Shown: positions 1 through 8,764, counted from the first letter of the stretch. The stretch is 32,000 nt of DNA from Candidatus Eiseniibacteriota bacterium (GCA_942491735.1 CALOCN010000014.1:17642-49641), one strand, 5' to 3'. The notes: generated from the sequence alone by a model not told the origin. Numbers and translations: made by a program.

Positions 1-600
1 CCCTTCCTGGAGAGTTCCTCGTTCGAGACCTCCGAGACCAATACCGCCCCCGGCGATCTCACCCTGGAGACCCGCTACACGCTCAAGACCGGCGCCACAC
101 CGCTTGCCCTGGCCCTGCGCGTCACGCTTCCCACCGGGGACTCGGAGGGCGTCACTCCACTGAAGGGGACCGAGGGCTTTGTCCGTCTCCCGACCGGGGA
201 CAACCTGACCACCATTCTGCCGGTCTTCACCGTGTCCCACTCCTTCTACCCGGTTCGCGCTTACGCCACGGCGGATGCAGGCTACGCGTTTCGCACCAAC
301 GGATTCACCGACGAGTACCGCGGCTACCTGGAGGCCGGTTGGGAATTCGCCTCGCGGTTCCTGCTCAAAGGGATGATCGGCACCCGCGGCCCGGTCACCA
401 CGCCCAACCCCGACCTGGCCCTGGAGGCCCGCAATGGGCGCGGCGAAGGGGTGCAGTTCACCCGCGTGGGGGGCGGCTTGGGTTACGATCCGGTGGATGG
501 GTTCTCGGTGGAGGTGGATGTCACGACCAACATCTGGCGCACCGTCAACGCCTATGGCGGAACCAGCTTTACCTTGGGCGTCTCCTGGCAACGCCCCTGA
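1..600 (+). CDS. outer-membrane beta-barrel protein, 5'-truncated by the window edge (MetA-pathway/transporter-like family, tentative)
   Basis: Frame 1 is open from base 1 (PFLESSSFETSETNTAPGDLTLETRYTLK...) into the listed ORF 232..600. It shows an alternating beta-strand-like pattern rich in G/T/Y and aromatics, and an aromatic C-terminal strand (FTLGVSWQRP). A lipoprotein gene follows 19 nt later. Confidence 0.6.
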   Translation, partial: PFLESSSFETSETNTAPGDLTLETRYTLKTGATPLALALRVTLPTGDSEGVTPLKGTEGFVRLPTGDNLTTILPVFTVSHSFYPVRAYATADAGYAFRTNGFTDEYRGYLEAGWEFASRFLLKGMIGTRGPVTTPNPDLALEARNGRGEGVQFTRVGGGLGYDPVDGFSVEVDVTTNIWRTVNAYGGTSFTLGVSWQRP

Positions 601-619
601 TCGCTCGAAAGGAACCTGT

Positions 620-1360
620 ATGCGACTGCGACATCTCGTTCTCCTCACCCTGATTCCCGCGCTGGCCCTCACCGCGTGCAGCAGCGACGACCCCGCAGGA
701 CCTCCAGGTCCCGCGGTGCGCCTGGTCTTCGAGCAAGTGCCCGTAGCTGTGGTGGCCGGCTCCCCGTTCACGGTGACCGTCCACGGCGCCCGCGCCGACG
801 GCAGCGTGGACGACGCGTTCACCGATGAGATCACGATCTCGTTGGCCTCGGGTTCGGGGACCCTGAGCGGTACGACAACCCTCGCCGCCACCGCCGGCAA
901 AGCCACCTTCAAGGGCCTCACCCTGGACCAGGAGGGCGCGTTCACCCTTGGCGCGGCGTCCGGCGACCTCACCGCCACGACCTCCGAGTCCATCACCTCG
1001 TCGCCCGAGCCTCCCATGGTCCGCAGCGGCACCTTCTCCGGACAGAACGGCTACGTGTGCATGGGAAGCGTAGAGGTGACCATCCCGGCCAAGGGAACCG
1101 AGATTCTGCGCACCGGCGACGACTTCCAGGTCAGCAGCGGCGGGGGCTCCATCTCCATCTGGCTCACCGATGCGGTGGGCGCGGCACGGCTGGGCAACAC
1201 CGCGGTGAAGGTGAAGCTGGGGACGATCCTCAGTGGGTTCTCGGGGGTGTACTCGTACGCGGTGCCCGAAGGGGGATCAGCGGAGTACACGCATGTGGTG
1301 GCGTACTGTGATGGGGCGCAGGTGAACTTTGGGAATGCGGAGTTGAGCAGTGCCAAGTAG
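620..1360 (+). CDS. secreted lipoprotein with an Ig-like N-terminal domain and a DM13-like C-terminal domain
   Basis: ATG at 620 has AAAGGA 6 nt upstream. MRLRHLVLLTLIPALALTAC is a signal peptide plus lipobox. The listed start 434 overlaps the upstream gene and gives a Trp/Arg-rich non-protein-like leader, so I rejected it. The C-terminal half (GTFSGQNGY..FQVSSGGGSISIWLT..VVAYCDGAQVNFGNAEL) follows the DM13 pattern by eye. Confidence 0.8.
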   Translation: MRLRHLVLLTLIPALALTACSSDDPAGPPGPAVRLVFEQVPVAVVAGSPFTVTVHGARADGSVDDAFTDEITISLASGSGTLSGTTTLAATAGKATFKGLTLDQEGAFTLGAASGDLTATTSESITSSPEPPMVRSGTFSGQNGYVCMGSVEVTIPAKGTEILRTGDDFQVSSGGGSISIWLTDAVGAARLGNTAVKVKLGTILSGFSGVYSYAVPEGGSAEYTHVVAYCDGAQVNFGNAELSSAK

Positions 1361-1379
1361 CCAACCTGCCACTCGCTCC

Positions 1380-2453
1380 TCACCGCCCACTACCCGCAGG
1401 CGCTAGACGTCGCTCAGTGAGACGAGCCTTCAACGATCGGCCCGTCACTGACTCCCAGTGCGTGATGATGGTCCGGGCCTGAACGGAGAGGGAACCATCG
1501 ATTAGCGCAACTGCTCCGCCAGTGCCGACGAAGCCCGGGGTCTCGATTGCTCTCAGCACCTCGGACATGGGATCGGCGAGAATGAAGTAGCTGTCGCTCT
1601 TGCTGTGAAGGGGTAGTCCAACCCTCTGAGAGACCTGACTCAGCCGTTCGAACGGACTGGCGCTCTGGGAGCGCAGATCGACGATAACCTGGTGATTCTG
1701 CTCCACGGCCAAGTGGAACCAGGACAGCGTCGCTACAGCCCAGAACTCTTCACGAGTCAACGTTCCGTTGATGCGTCTGCCGGTCAGCATGACGTTGAGC
1801 AAGCGGATGCGGTCGACGATTCTCGTGAGGTCCGTGAGATCCACGCCCGCCGAGTCCCGGTGCGCATAGCCCACCCAGACCTCACTCATGAGATCTTCGA
1901 AGAGGGTAATGAAGTCCTTGTTGTACTTCGCCGCCTGGGGATACGGATATGGCTTGTTGTCCTCGGCCTGGTGGCTCAATGGCAGTCCAAACATGCGTTG
2001 GTAGGCATTGCGCCGGGTTGCCTCATGATCCGGTCGGATCGTGCTCTGGAGGTTCCCAATGAAATCGAAAGGGAGGTCACTGAAGAACAGGGTCTCAGTG
2101 TTCCGGAGCCACAGTTGGGTCAGCGGGTCGGCGAACCCGAACCTCTCTCCCTCGCGGAAGTACTGGATGACCCTGCGAAAGATCTGCAAGATCCGCGTGT
2201 TCTCGATCATGTAGGCGTAGATGAGGTGAGGCATGCCCACGCACTTTCCAACGGCGTCATCGAGAGTCGGACGGCTACCGGTGGAGTTACTGGGGAATGC
2301 TACAGGCCGCGGGAGTTCCCAGGACACCGGCTGATTCCTTCGGATTCTCCATGCCTCTTCCAGCGCGTACACCAAGTCTGTTGGATGCGCGGTGAACAAG
2401 TCGGTTGCGCTGCGTCCGTTCGCGACCAGGTTGTGGGCCATCTTCCTGAACAT
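1380..2453 (-). CDS. hypothetical protein (4th gene of the coupled operon 6756->1380); no recognisable domain
   Basis: 357-aa ORF with protein-like composition. ATG at 2453 is preceded by AGGAGGG, which overlaps the stop of the upstream gene (minus strand TAGGAGGGACCGGCGATG). No P-loop or catalytic motif recognised. Confidence 0.8.
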   Translation of the reverse strand: MFRKMAHNLVANGRSATDLFTAHPTDLVYALEEAWRIRRNQPVSWELPRPVAFPSNSTGSRPTLDDAVGKCVGMPHLIYAYMIENTRILQIFRRVIQYFREGERFGFADPLTQLWLRNTETLFFSDLPFDFIGNLQSTIRPDHEATRRNAYQRMFGLPLSHQAEDNKPYPYPQAAKYNKDFITLFEDLMSEVWVGYAHRDSAGVDLTDLTRIVDRIRLLNVMLTGRRINGTLTREEFWAVATLSWFHLAVEQNHQVIVDLRSQSASPFERLSQVSQRVGLPLHSKSDSYFILADPMSEVLRAIETPGFVGTGGAVALIDGSLSVQARTIITHWESVTGRSLKARLTERRLAPAGSGR

Positions 2454-2465
2454 CGCCGGTCCCTC

Positions 2466-3002
2466 CTATTGGTTGCTTGCCCACCACGTCTGGAATTGAC
2501 TCGCCAGTAGCGCGATGGATGGGGTCTCGTTCGTGGCGAATCTCGGGAAGAGTCCCTTGAAGGTCTCGATCCACTCGTCTACTTTGGATTCTTCGGCCCC
2601 CGCGATGTCCGCCACCATTCTCCTAATCAGGGCGATGTCCCCATTCTGCAGTACGCACTCTTCCTCTATCTTCGTTTGTCTCTCACGCATCTCCAGCTCT
2701 AGAGCGTCCTTTCGCTTGGTCGACGAACTCTGAACGTTTTCCTCAGCAATCTTGGATACGTCGTGGTCGTCTTGAACAGAGCGAATGCGATCCTGAGCTT
2801 CCTTGAGCTCGTCCTCGTAGCGCTTCACCAGCTTGGACTTCGTTTCGGCCATTGGCTCCTCCTTTTCGTCGTCCGGGATAGCAAGCAGTGCCTGAAGCAG
2901 AATGTCGACCTGAGAGGTCTCCTTGCTGGCGTTCAACTCCAGCCGGGAAGTGACTTCGTCGATGATCGCTCGATTCCTTTCGGTAACGTCGTGGATGGTC
3001 AT
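2466..3002 (-). CDS. acidic K/E-rich coiled-coil protein, unknown function
   Basis: 178-aa ORF whose ATG overlaps the upstream stop (ATGA at 2999-3002). It contains long charged heptad-like stretches (KSKLVKRYEDELKEAQDRIRSVQDD..ALELEMRERQTKIEEE). The region is visibly more A/T-rich than its neighbours, consistent with the K/E content. Confidence 0.75.
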   Translation of the reverse strand: MTIHDVTERNRAIIDEVTSRLELNASKETSQVDILLQALLAIPDDEKEEPMAETKSKLVKRYEDELKEAQDRIRSVQDDHDVSKIAEENVQSSSTKRKDALELEMRERQTKIEEECVLQNGDIALIRRMVADIAGAEESKVDEWIETFKGLFPRFATNETPSIALLASQFQTWWASNQ

Positions 3003-4225
3003 CTGGCCCCCAATCGCACCAGCGCGGTCTTGACCAACGCGGACTCACGTTGAGTGGAAGCCGGGTTCTCGTCCATTCTCAGGCCGGTCAAGGCAATGAG
3101 CCGAACGATCTCACGTCTCAGAACACCGATCGGAACGTCCTTGACCCTGTCCAGTTCGCCCGCGGAGGCCCGTAGAGCCGCTGGTGAGACATCAGAAGCG
3201 GGGATGAAGCGCGACAAGGGTGCCCCACGAAATGCCTTCATGGGACTCTGCAGGGTGATCCGGGCAATTAAGTCCATGTGGCGGAGAGACTCCCGGAAGA
3301 GGGGTTGGAGTTGGCTAGGCACTTCCTCAACTGGATAGCGCCGATCCCAGTCTTCAATCAGTCGATCCCACGGGCCGCTCCCGAACTCCAAGCCACACAT
3401 CCGGGCTACGCAGTGGACCCTCAAGCAACTGATGGGGTGTGGGTCGCCCGGCAGGTATCGGAAGACCATTCGTGGACCGCCGTCTACAACGTCTGCTAGC
3501 GCCACTAGGGAAGCATGTCCACTGAAGACGAATGCGACCGCGTCTGCGAACAGTTCGGAACTCCAGGAGGACCAAACTCCTCCAACGGGTCCAGGGAGTT
3601 CCCTTTCCAGGTTCATTGCCAGTTCATTGGCCCCAGAGGTCTGATGACCGATTTGGTGACCGGCCTCGTGGAGCAGCGATGTGGGGCGTAACGTGTTGTG
3701 TCTGGCTATCTTGATGGCAGCGACCGCGCTAATGGAAGCTGGGTCCCAAAGCCGTAACCCCGCTTTCAGGATGGAGGCTCCCAGACCTTTGTCCTGGTAC
3801 ACCAAGGTTCTCGGGACCGACTTTCCAAGAGGGCCAAGCGAACGCTCCAGTACCTCGCCGGCTACCGCATCCAGGCCCCGCAACAGGGCGGCAATCTCGG
3901 GATTCGTTCGCGTGTTGATGGCATCTGTGTAGAAGTCTGCGGTGACCTCTGCGCGAAGATACTGTCGCCTGACACTGATGATGGCCCGATTGGCTTGATC
4001 GGATGACAAGGAGTCCAGTCGTTTCTTGAGCGCATTGATGTTCTCTTGCAACGACCGAATTGTCTCCTGAAGGGGCGCCAACAAGGCGCGGCCCAGATCG
4101 GCCTCGAGGGAACGCCAAGCCTGATTGGAGGCTAGATCCTCCAGTCGAGCCAGCCGTTCCGAGGCAAGCCGCCAATGCTCGAGTTGGCGCACCGCCGTAC
4201 TGGGAAGGGAAGCGACACCCATCAC
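2999..4225 (-). CDS. putative zinc metallopeptidase (HExxH, gluzincin-like) with an N-terminal coiled-coil region
   Basis: 408-aa ORF. HEAGHQIGH is encoded at nt 3656-3670 (CAC GAG GCC GGT CAC on the minus strand), and a downstream SSELFADAV may supply the third-ligand Glu. The start is GTG 4225 (overlapping the upstream TAG by 1 nt) or ATG 4222. Confidence 0.75.
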   Translation of the reverse strand: MMGVASLPSTAVRQLEHWRLASERLARLEDLASNQAWRSLEADLGRALLAPLQETIRSLQENINALKKRLDSLSSDQANRAIISVRRQYLRAEVTADFYTDAINTRTNPEIAALLRGLDAVAGEVLERSLGPLGKSVPRTLVYQDKGLGASILKAGLRLWDPASISAVAAIKIARHNTLRPTSLLHEAGHQIGHQTSGANELAMNLERELPGPVGGVWSSWSSELFADAVAFVFSGHASLVALADVVDGGPRMVFRYLPGDPHPISCLRVHCVARMCGLEFGSGPWDRLIEDWDRRYPVEEVPSQLQPLFRESLRHMDLIARITLQSPMKAFRGAPLSRFIPASDVSPAALRASAGELDRVKDVPIGVLRREIVRLIALTGLRMDENPASTQRESALVKTALVRLGAR

Positions 4226-6756
4226 TAGCGCCGGTACCCGGGAACAACAGCGACGTCAAGCGAGCCCTGGATGCCACGGCGCCACAGGTCGGCCAGGGCG
4301 CCCCCGCGCTGGAACAGATTGCCCTTGAAGAGTCGGAAGACGTTGTCCGACTGAACCGTGAAGACCACAGTGACTCCGTCGGCGCGGTTCTCCACGGCTT
4401 CCTGGAACGTACGGGAGAACGAGGCAAGTCGAGACTTCATGTAGCGGATGAGCTGAGATATGAGGAACCGCATGAGGTAGACCCGGAACCGGTGCCCGGC
4501 GACGCGGAGAACCCCGACAACCACTCTCCCGATGGACTCCTCCGAGGGAACTTCCCTGACGATGCGGAGATTGCGGGTCGGTCTCCCCGAGAGGATTGCG
4601 CGAAGGGCGGAATCCAAGGAGGTTCGGAGACTCGTCACGACAGCAGACAATGACGCGCCCCGTCGTAGCTTGGTTGCGATGTCCTGGGAGGTCGACTCGG
4701 CGAGGAAGTCGTTGACCCGCAATTGCTGCTTGCGGAAATCAATGACGAGGTTGACCTCGCTGGCTCGGGCTGGACTGGGCCGCCTGCCTGTCCCTGGCCG
4801 TGGCCTGACCTGGGCCCCCTCGATCTCGAGATAGAAGAAACGCTGGCCGATTCCGATCAGGTTGCGGTCCATCAGAAAGCGTCGGGCAACCTTGCGACAA
4901 AGCCCGTTGTGACGCGGTATGAGGAGAGCGGCCGCGCGACAGGTCAGCGGGTGGATCTGGCTCCAGGACGAGCGTCTGGCCGAACCGAGTCCGGGGACTC
5001 CGCGCTCAAGCAGCGCAATGTGGCTCAGCGTTGTGCCCCGGATGGCCTGGTAGATGTGCATTTTCGCTCGGATAGGCTTGGACCGGACCGGCAGGCCCAG
5101 CTGCTCGCTAGTGAAACTGAGGAGAGTCTGCCCTCCGAATGTACGAATCCGTGAAGCGGTCTTCGCGTCGATCGTCACGTCGAGTATCTGGGTGTACTTC
5201 TTGTACCGCTTCCGTCCACGCCCTGGCCTCAGTACCCAAGCGCCTGTTCCACCCGGCGCCTCGCGGAGTTCCTCACGGACCGTTTCGGGCGGAAAGTTCG
5301 CCGACACCGCACGCTCGAATGCTGCATTGATGTGCTCGGTCAGCGCTTCCTCATCCTCGAACGCATCCTCCGGGGCTTCCGCGAGAAGGTTCTCAATTGT
5401 CTCCTCGACCGTGGCCGCGACTACTTCCGCTGCGACCAGGGCCTCATCCTCTTCTTGAGCCTCCAGGCGGATAAGCCGGAGACCTGCGCTGACCAGCACT
5501 CGCGACAGAGGCACAGCGTTCCGTCTGCCCACGTACCGGCGAATCAGCCGGGACAAGTAGCGGGCAAGGAAGTTCACGACCTTCCGCCGACCCACAATGC
5601 GGATACCCAGCCGCAGGGCGGGCATGAGGGCCATCACGAATTGCTCGACCTGGGGTGTGGCATCTGCGCCATCTTCCAACTGTATGAGTTCGCGAACGAA
5701 CTGCTCGCGGGCGTTGTCGATTCCTGCAGACGTGTCCTCGAGATTCTCTTCCTCGGAGATGTACTCGACGACCTCCGGAGTCATCTCGAAGTCCTCACCT
5801 GCCAGGACGTATCCCGAGATGATGGCATTGAGCTCCTGCTGAACCACATCGACCGGCACGGAAGCGGCCGCCTCGTCGGACACTTCCCGGTCGGCGGTTT
5901 CGACCCTCTCATCCAGGAACCCCGTCTCGTTCTCTTCCCCCTGGTCCATGTCCTCGCCAAGCTCCGAGGTCTCCCGGCGAAGGAAGACCCGGGCCAAACG
6001 CCGGGCAAGCGGCCGATAACGCCCGGGAATTCTTGAGATAGCAAACCGTAGAACCCGTCGCAGGAGAGGCCGGATGAGTCGTCGCAACTTGCGCAGGAGC
6101 ATGCCAATAGGCATTAGCTTGCCGAGCACGCGAACACCGCGTTTCGCGACTCGAGCAACGGCCTTGGCTGCCCTCTTTGCCTTGCGCCAGACCTTCTTGA
6201 AGAACTCCTCGGTAGCGGGCCCGCCCATCTCCCCCTCGGGGACAAAGCGGGCAAAGAACTCATCGATCTGCTGCTCGGTCATGGACTCGAGGGAGAGCTG
6301 GTCGGCTTCGTCCGCCATACGATCAAGGGAAGCCTCCGCCTGGTCCTGAAGAGGCTTGAGGTAGCTGGTCAGTGCAGCGGTTGCCTCCCGGGAGGACTCC
6401 GTGCCTGCGCTCAAGGCGGGCAGGTGCTGCTCGTACACCCCCGTCAATTCGTCGACCATGTCCTGAGTGGCCTCATCGAACTCCGGGTCGAACAGGGCCT
6501 CCAGCGTCTCACGATACTCCGCCTCTTCCGGGGACTCCATGTTGTCCGTGCCGGCGTACTCGGCGATGAACGGCGAGACAGTGGCTTCCGTATCGGGTGC
6601 GGACAAGGTGAACGCCGCAGCTTCGGCCACCTCAGGGGGGGCGGAGTATGCGGGCTCAGGAAGGAACGGGCTGGACTCCGGATCGGCGATCCCGGCACCG
6701 TTGGTGCTTGCTTCGGACTCAGGCCACTCGATAGCTTCGAGATCTTGCGTTGACAT
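4225..6756 (-). CDS. large hypothetical protein with an acidic N-terminus and two Arg/Lys-rich amphipathic segments
   Basis: 843-aa ORF. ATG 6756 is preceded by GGGAGGA (minus strand cctcGGGAGGAtccATG). Segments: acidic region aa 1-186, basic helix block aa 187-261 (nt 5974-6198), acidic linker, second basic block aa 374-431 (nt 5464-5637), then a C-terminal ~350 aa globular-looking region. No known domain recognised. Confidence 0.8.
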   Translation of the reverse strand: MSTQDLEAIEWPESEASTNGAGIADPESSPFLPEPAYSAPPEVAEAAAFTLSAPDTEATVSPFIAEYAGTDNMESPEEAEYRETLEALFDPEFDEATQDMVDELTGVYEQHLPALSAGTESSREATAALTSYLKPLQDQAEASLDRMADEADQLSLESMTEQQIDEFFARFVPEGEMGGPATEEFFKKVWRKAKRAAKAVARVAKRGVRVLGKLMPIGMLLRKLRRLIRPLLRRVLRFAISRIPGRYRPLARRLARVFLRRETSELGEDMDQGEENETGFLDERVETADREVSDEAAASVPVDVVQQELNAIISGYVLAGEDFEMTPEVVEYISEEENLEDTSAGIDNAREQFVRELIQLEDGADATPQVEQFVMALMPALRLGIRIVGRRKVVNFLARYLSRLIRRYVGRRNAVPLSRVLVSAGLRLIRLEAQEEDEALVAAEVVAATVEETIENLLAEAPEDAFEDEEALTEHINAAFERAVSANFPPETVREELREAPGGTGAWVLRPGRGRKRYKKYTQILDVTIDAKTASRIRTFGGQTLLSFTSEQLGLPVRSKPIRAKMHIYQAIRGTTLSHIALLERGVPGLGSARRSSWSQIHPLTCRAAALLIPRHNGLCRKVARRFLMDRNLIGIGQRFFYLEIEGAQVRPRPGTGRRPSPARASEVNLVIDFRKQQLRVNDFLAESTSQDIATKLRRGASLSAVVTSLRTSLDSALRAILSGRPTRNLRIVREVPSEESIGRVVVGVLRVAGHRFRVYLMRFLISQLIRYMKSRLASFSRTFQEAVENRADGVTVVFTVQSDNVFRLFKGNLFQRGGALADLWRRGIQGSLDVAVVPGYRR

Positions 6757-6826
6757 GGATCCTCCCGAGGTTCGAACGATTGCTTAATGCAACGTGCATC
6801 GTGCCGCACAAGGGAGGTTGAGCGCA

Positions 6827-6842
6827 TGAACCCTTGGGTTCA
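6827..6842. promoter_or_regulatory. inverted repeat TGAACCC-tt-GGGTTCA upstream of the 843-aa gene (candidate operator)
   Basis: Perfect 7-bp arms with a 2-nt spacer, read directly from the sequence. It lies 71-86 bp upstream of ATG 6756, in the 155-bp gap after the LuxR-type regulator gene. Confidence 0.3.
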
Positions 6843-6888
6843 AATGTGCCGGGCCCGTTTCTGCTCTTGGATCTAGTTCCAGGTGGCC

Positions 6889-6902
6889 GGGATCTAGATC
6901 CC
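6889..6902. promoter_or_regulatory. perfect 14-bp palindrome GGGATCTAGATCCC (operator or terminator-like stem); GGATCTAG also recurs at 6869-6876
   Basis: Read directly from the sequence. It lies 10 bp downstream of the LuxR-type gene stop (6912-6914). No U-tract follows, so the function is uncertain. Confidence 0.3.
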
Positions 6903-6911
6903 CGGGGTGAT

Positions 6912-7601
6912 TCAGCCTGTTCGACGCACCCGGGCCACGGCTTGTGTGCGTCGCTTCACGTGAAGCTTCGAGAGAATGTTGTGCACGTGATTCTTGACGG
7001 TAGATCGACCAACGTAGAGGCGATCGGCGATCTCCTGGTTGGAGAGACCCTCGTCTATCAGGGCCAGAATCTCCCGCTCGCGAGGTGTCAGGGACTCAAT
7101 CGTCTCCTCTTCCTCGGGTGCGTCGGGCTGATCATCGATGGTGGCTTGGGGCACCTTCGGGGCAGCAGCTTCCTGCTGAGCCCGAATGTACTCGAAGAGG
7201 ATTTCGGAGATTTGCGGTGGACAGTGAACCTGGTCACGGGCCACACCGTTGACCATTCGTAGGATGTCATCCGTGGTGGCGTCCGCAGGGGCGATCGCAG
7301 TCGCTCCCGCATGTATCGCACCGATGACGGTTGCCGTCGTAGGTTCAACCCCGACAACAATTACCCGCGAATGTGGGAAGGAACCATGAGTCGATAGTAT
7401 CTGGTCCTCGACCTCGCTCAGGTTTGCATCGATGAGCACCAGGTCCGGGGTTGGGCAGATGGAAGCCATGCCCGGCTCCTCAGGTGCTCTGGCCACGACC
7501 CGCATTCCGCCTAGGCTCTCAAGTTCCTTACTGAGGAGATCCCTCAGTAGGCGAACCGAACTGATCAGTAGAAGATTGATTCCATCCATCTTGATCCACA
7601 T
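6912..7601 (-). CDS. LuxR/NarL-family response regulator with an atypical (pseudo-)receiver domain
   Basis: The C-terminus [45 protein letters not shown] is a canonical LuxR-type HTH. The N-terminal receiver-like fold keeps the acceptor Asp (LVLIDAN) but has SS in place of the acidic DD pair (LLLISS) and lacks the conserved Lys (AIAPAD). An alternative start is M5 at 7589. Confidence 0.85.
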   Translation of the reverse strand: MWIKMDGINLLLISSVRLLRDLLSKELESLGGMRVVARAPEEPGMASICPTPDLVLIDANLSEVEDQILSTHGSFPHSRVIVVGVEPTTATVIGAIHAGATAIAPADATTDDILRMVNGVARDQVHCPPQISEILFEYIRAQQEAAAPKVPQATIDDQPDAPEEEETIESLTPREREILALIDEGLSNQEIADRLYVGRSTVKNHVHNILSKLHVKRRTQAVARVRRTG

Positions 7602-7789
7602 CCACGGGATTGGTTCTGCAGGAACGCCCGATGTCTCTGGATGTGTCTCTTGAGATGGATAGACGAGCGCAAATAATTGACACTTGTATTCTAAATGATC
7701 GCACCGAGGATTGGGCAGCTTTCCAATGCCAGGAAGCGCTTCAATTCGTTGAATCTACTCTAATGTCTAGGTGTTCCGGGTCGCCAACC

Positions 7790-8764
7790 CTACTGTCCAT
7801 CCCCAATCCGCGACCCCAACCCAAACAGCTCGTAATCCTCCCCATACACATCGCTCAACACCTTGAACCCCAGGTGCCCGGTGCAATGCGCCGGCGCCAC
7901 CGTCTTCACCCCCATCCCCTTGAGCCGCTCGGCGATCCCCTGGATCACGTCCCGCGGATAAGGCAACAAGTGGTACCCCCCCACCAAAAGAGCGACATCC
8001 TCTCCCGTGGCCTCCATGGTGCTGCGGACAATCGCCTCCACCGTGCTGTGCGAACAACCCACGAACAGTACGGTGCCCTCGTCCGTGTCCACGGCCAGGG
8101 AGAGTTCGGGCAGGCCAATCAGGTTGGCTTCGGCGTCCTCGTCCTGCGGGTTCCCGTTGACATCCACTCCGGGAAACTTGGTGAAGTACCCGATATTGGA
8201 TGAGCGCGTGGCGATGAGGCGCATGCCGGGCGCGACCTCCTGGGTCTCGGACACGTACTCCACAGCCTTGTAGTAGCGGCCATCCGTGCGAAGGTGCGCC
8301 GTGGTGCTCTCGCCGTCGAAGTACCGCTGCTCCGGCGGCAGGTCGTTGGCGACGTCCGGCTCCCGCCCCGCGATGCCCATGTCGAACGGTCCGCCGGCTC
8401 CCAGGAAGTCCGTGGCGAAGTAGATCGTCACGTCCGGATTGACCTGCATGAGGTAATCGAACCCGCCGGTGTGGTCCGCGTGCGCATGGGAGGCCACGGC
8501 AAAGTCCACCTCGGCCAGATCGATCCCCAGAGCTTCCGCGTTCTGCCGCAGCACATCGGCGCTGGTCCCTGCGTCGAAAAGGACCGAGGTCCCGTTGTGA
8601 CGCAGCAGCGCGGAGTAGCCGAAGTCCTTGCGGGTGCCCTCGTGAACCGCGCCGAATGCGTCGTAGAGGTTGATGATCTCGTAGGCGTGCGCGGGTTGGG
8701 ACGAAACGGCGGCCAAACCCGCGATCAGGACACAGACAGTGGACACGATGTGTCGAGGGGTCAT
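7790..8764 (-). CDS. secreted MBL-fold metallo-hydrolase
   Basis: HAHADH metal-binding motif (VASHAHADHTGG). ATG 8764 has GGAGGA 8 nt upstream and yields the signal peptide MTPRHIVSTVCVLIAGLAAVSSQPAHA. The longer listed start 8818 lacks an SD. Confidence 0.85.
   Translation of the reverse strand: MTPRHIVSTVCVLIAGLAAVSSQPAHAYEIINLYDAFGAVHEGTRKDFGYSALLRHNGTSVLFDAGTSADVLRQNAEALGIDLAEVDFAVASHAHADHTGGFDYLMQVNPDVTIYFATDFLGAGGPFDMGIAGREPDVANDLPPEQRYFDGESTTAHLRTDGRYYKAVEYVSETQEVAPGMRLIATRSSNIGYFTKFPGVDVNGNPQDEDAEANLIGLPELSLAVDTDEGTVLFVGCSHSTVEAIVRSTMEATGEDVALLVGGYHLLPYPRDVIQGIAERLKGMGVKTVAPAHCTGHLGFKVLSDVYGEDYELFGLGSRIGDGQ

Noticed and set aside
434-619. N-terminal extension of the lipoprotein ORF (listed start 434)
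   Set aside because: It overlaps the end of the beta-barrel gene and gives a Trp/Arg-rich non-protein-like leader. ATG 620 has an SD and produces a textbook lipoprotein signal peptide.
7677-7697. TTGACA hexamer on the plus strand in the A/T-richer gap between the MBL hydrolase and LuxR genes; also the palindrome GAAGCGCTTC (7733-7742) and TTCAAttcgTTGAA (7740-7753)
   Set aside because: No -10 element lies at a workable spacing, and there is no plus-strand gene downstream. The short palindromes may be operators or a terminator for the minus-strand genes, but they are too short to support a call.
7790-8764. MBL-fold hydrolase as a fifth component of the RyR/AAA+/TrkA/TIR cluster
   Set aside because: It is divergently transcribed and carries a signal peptide, so it is periplasmic or secreted, unlike the cytoplasmic or membrane components. 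Adjacency alone is not evidence.
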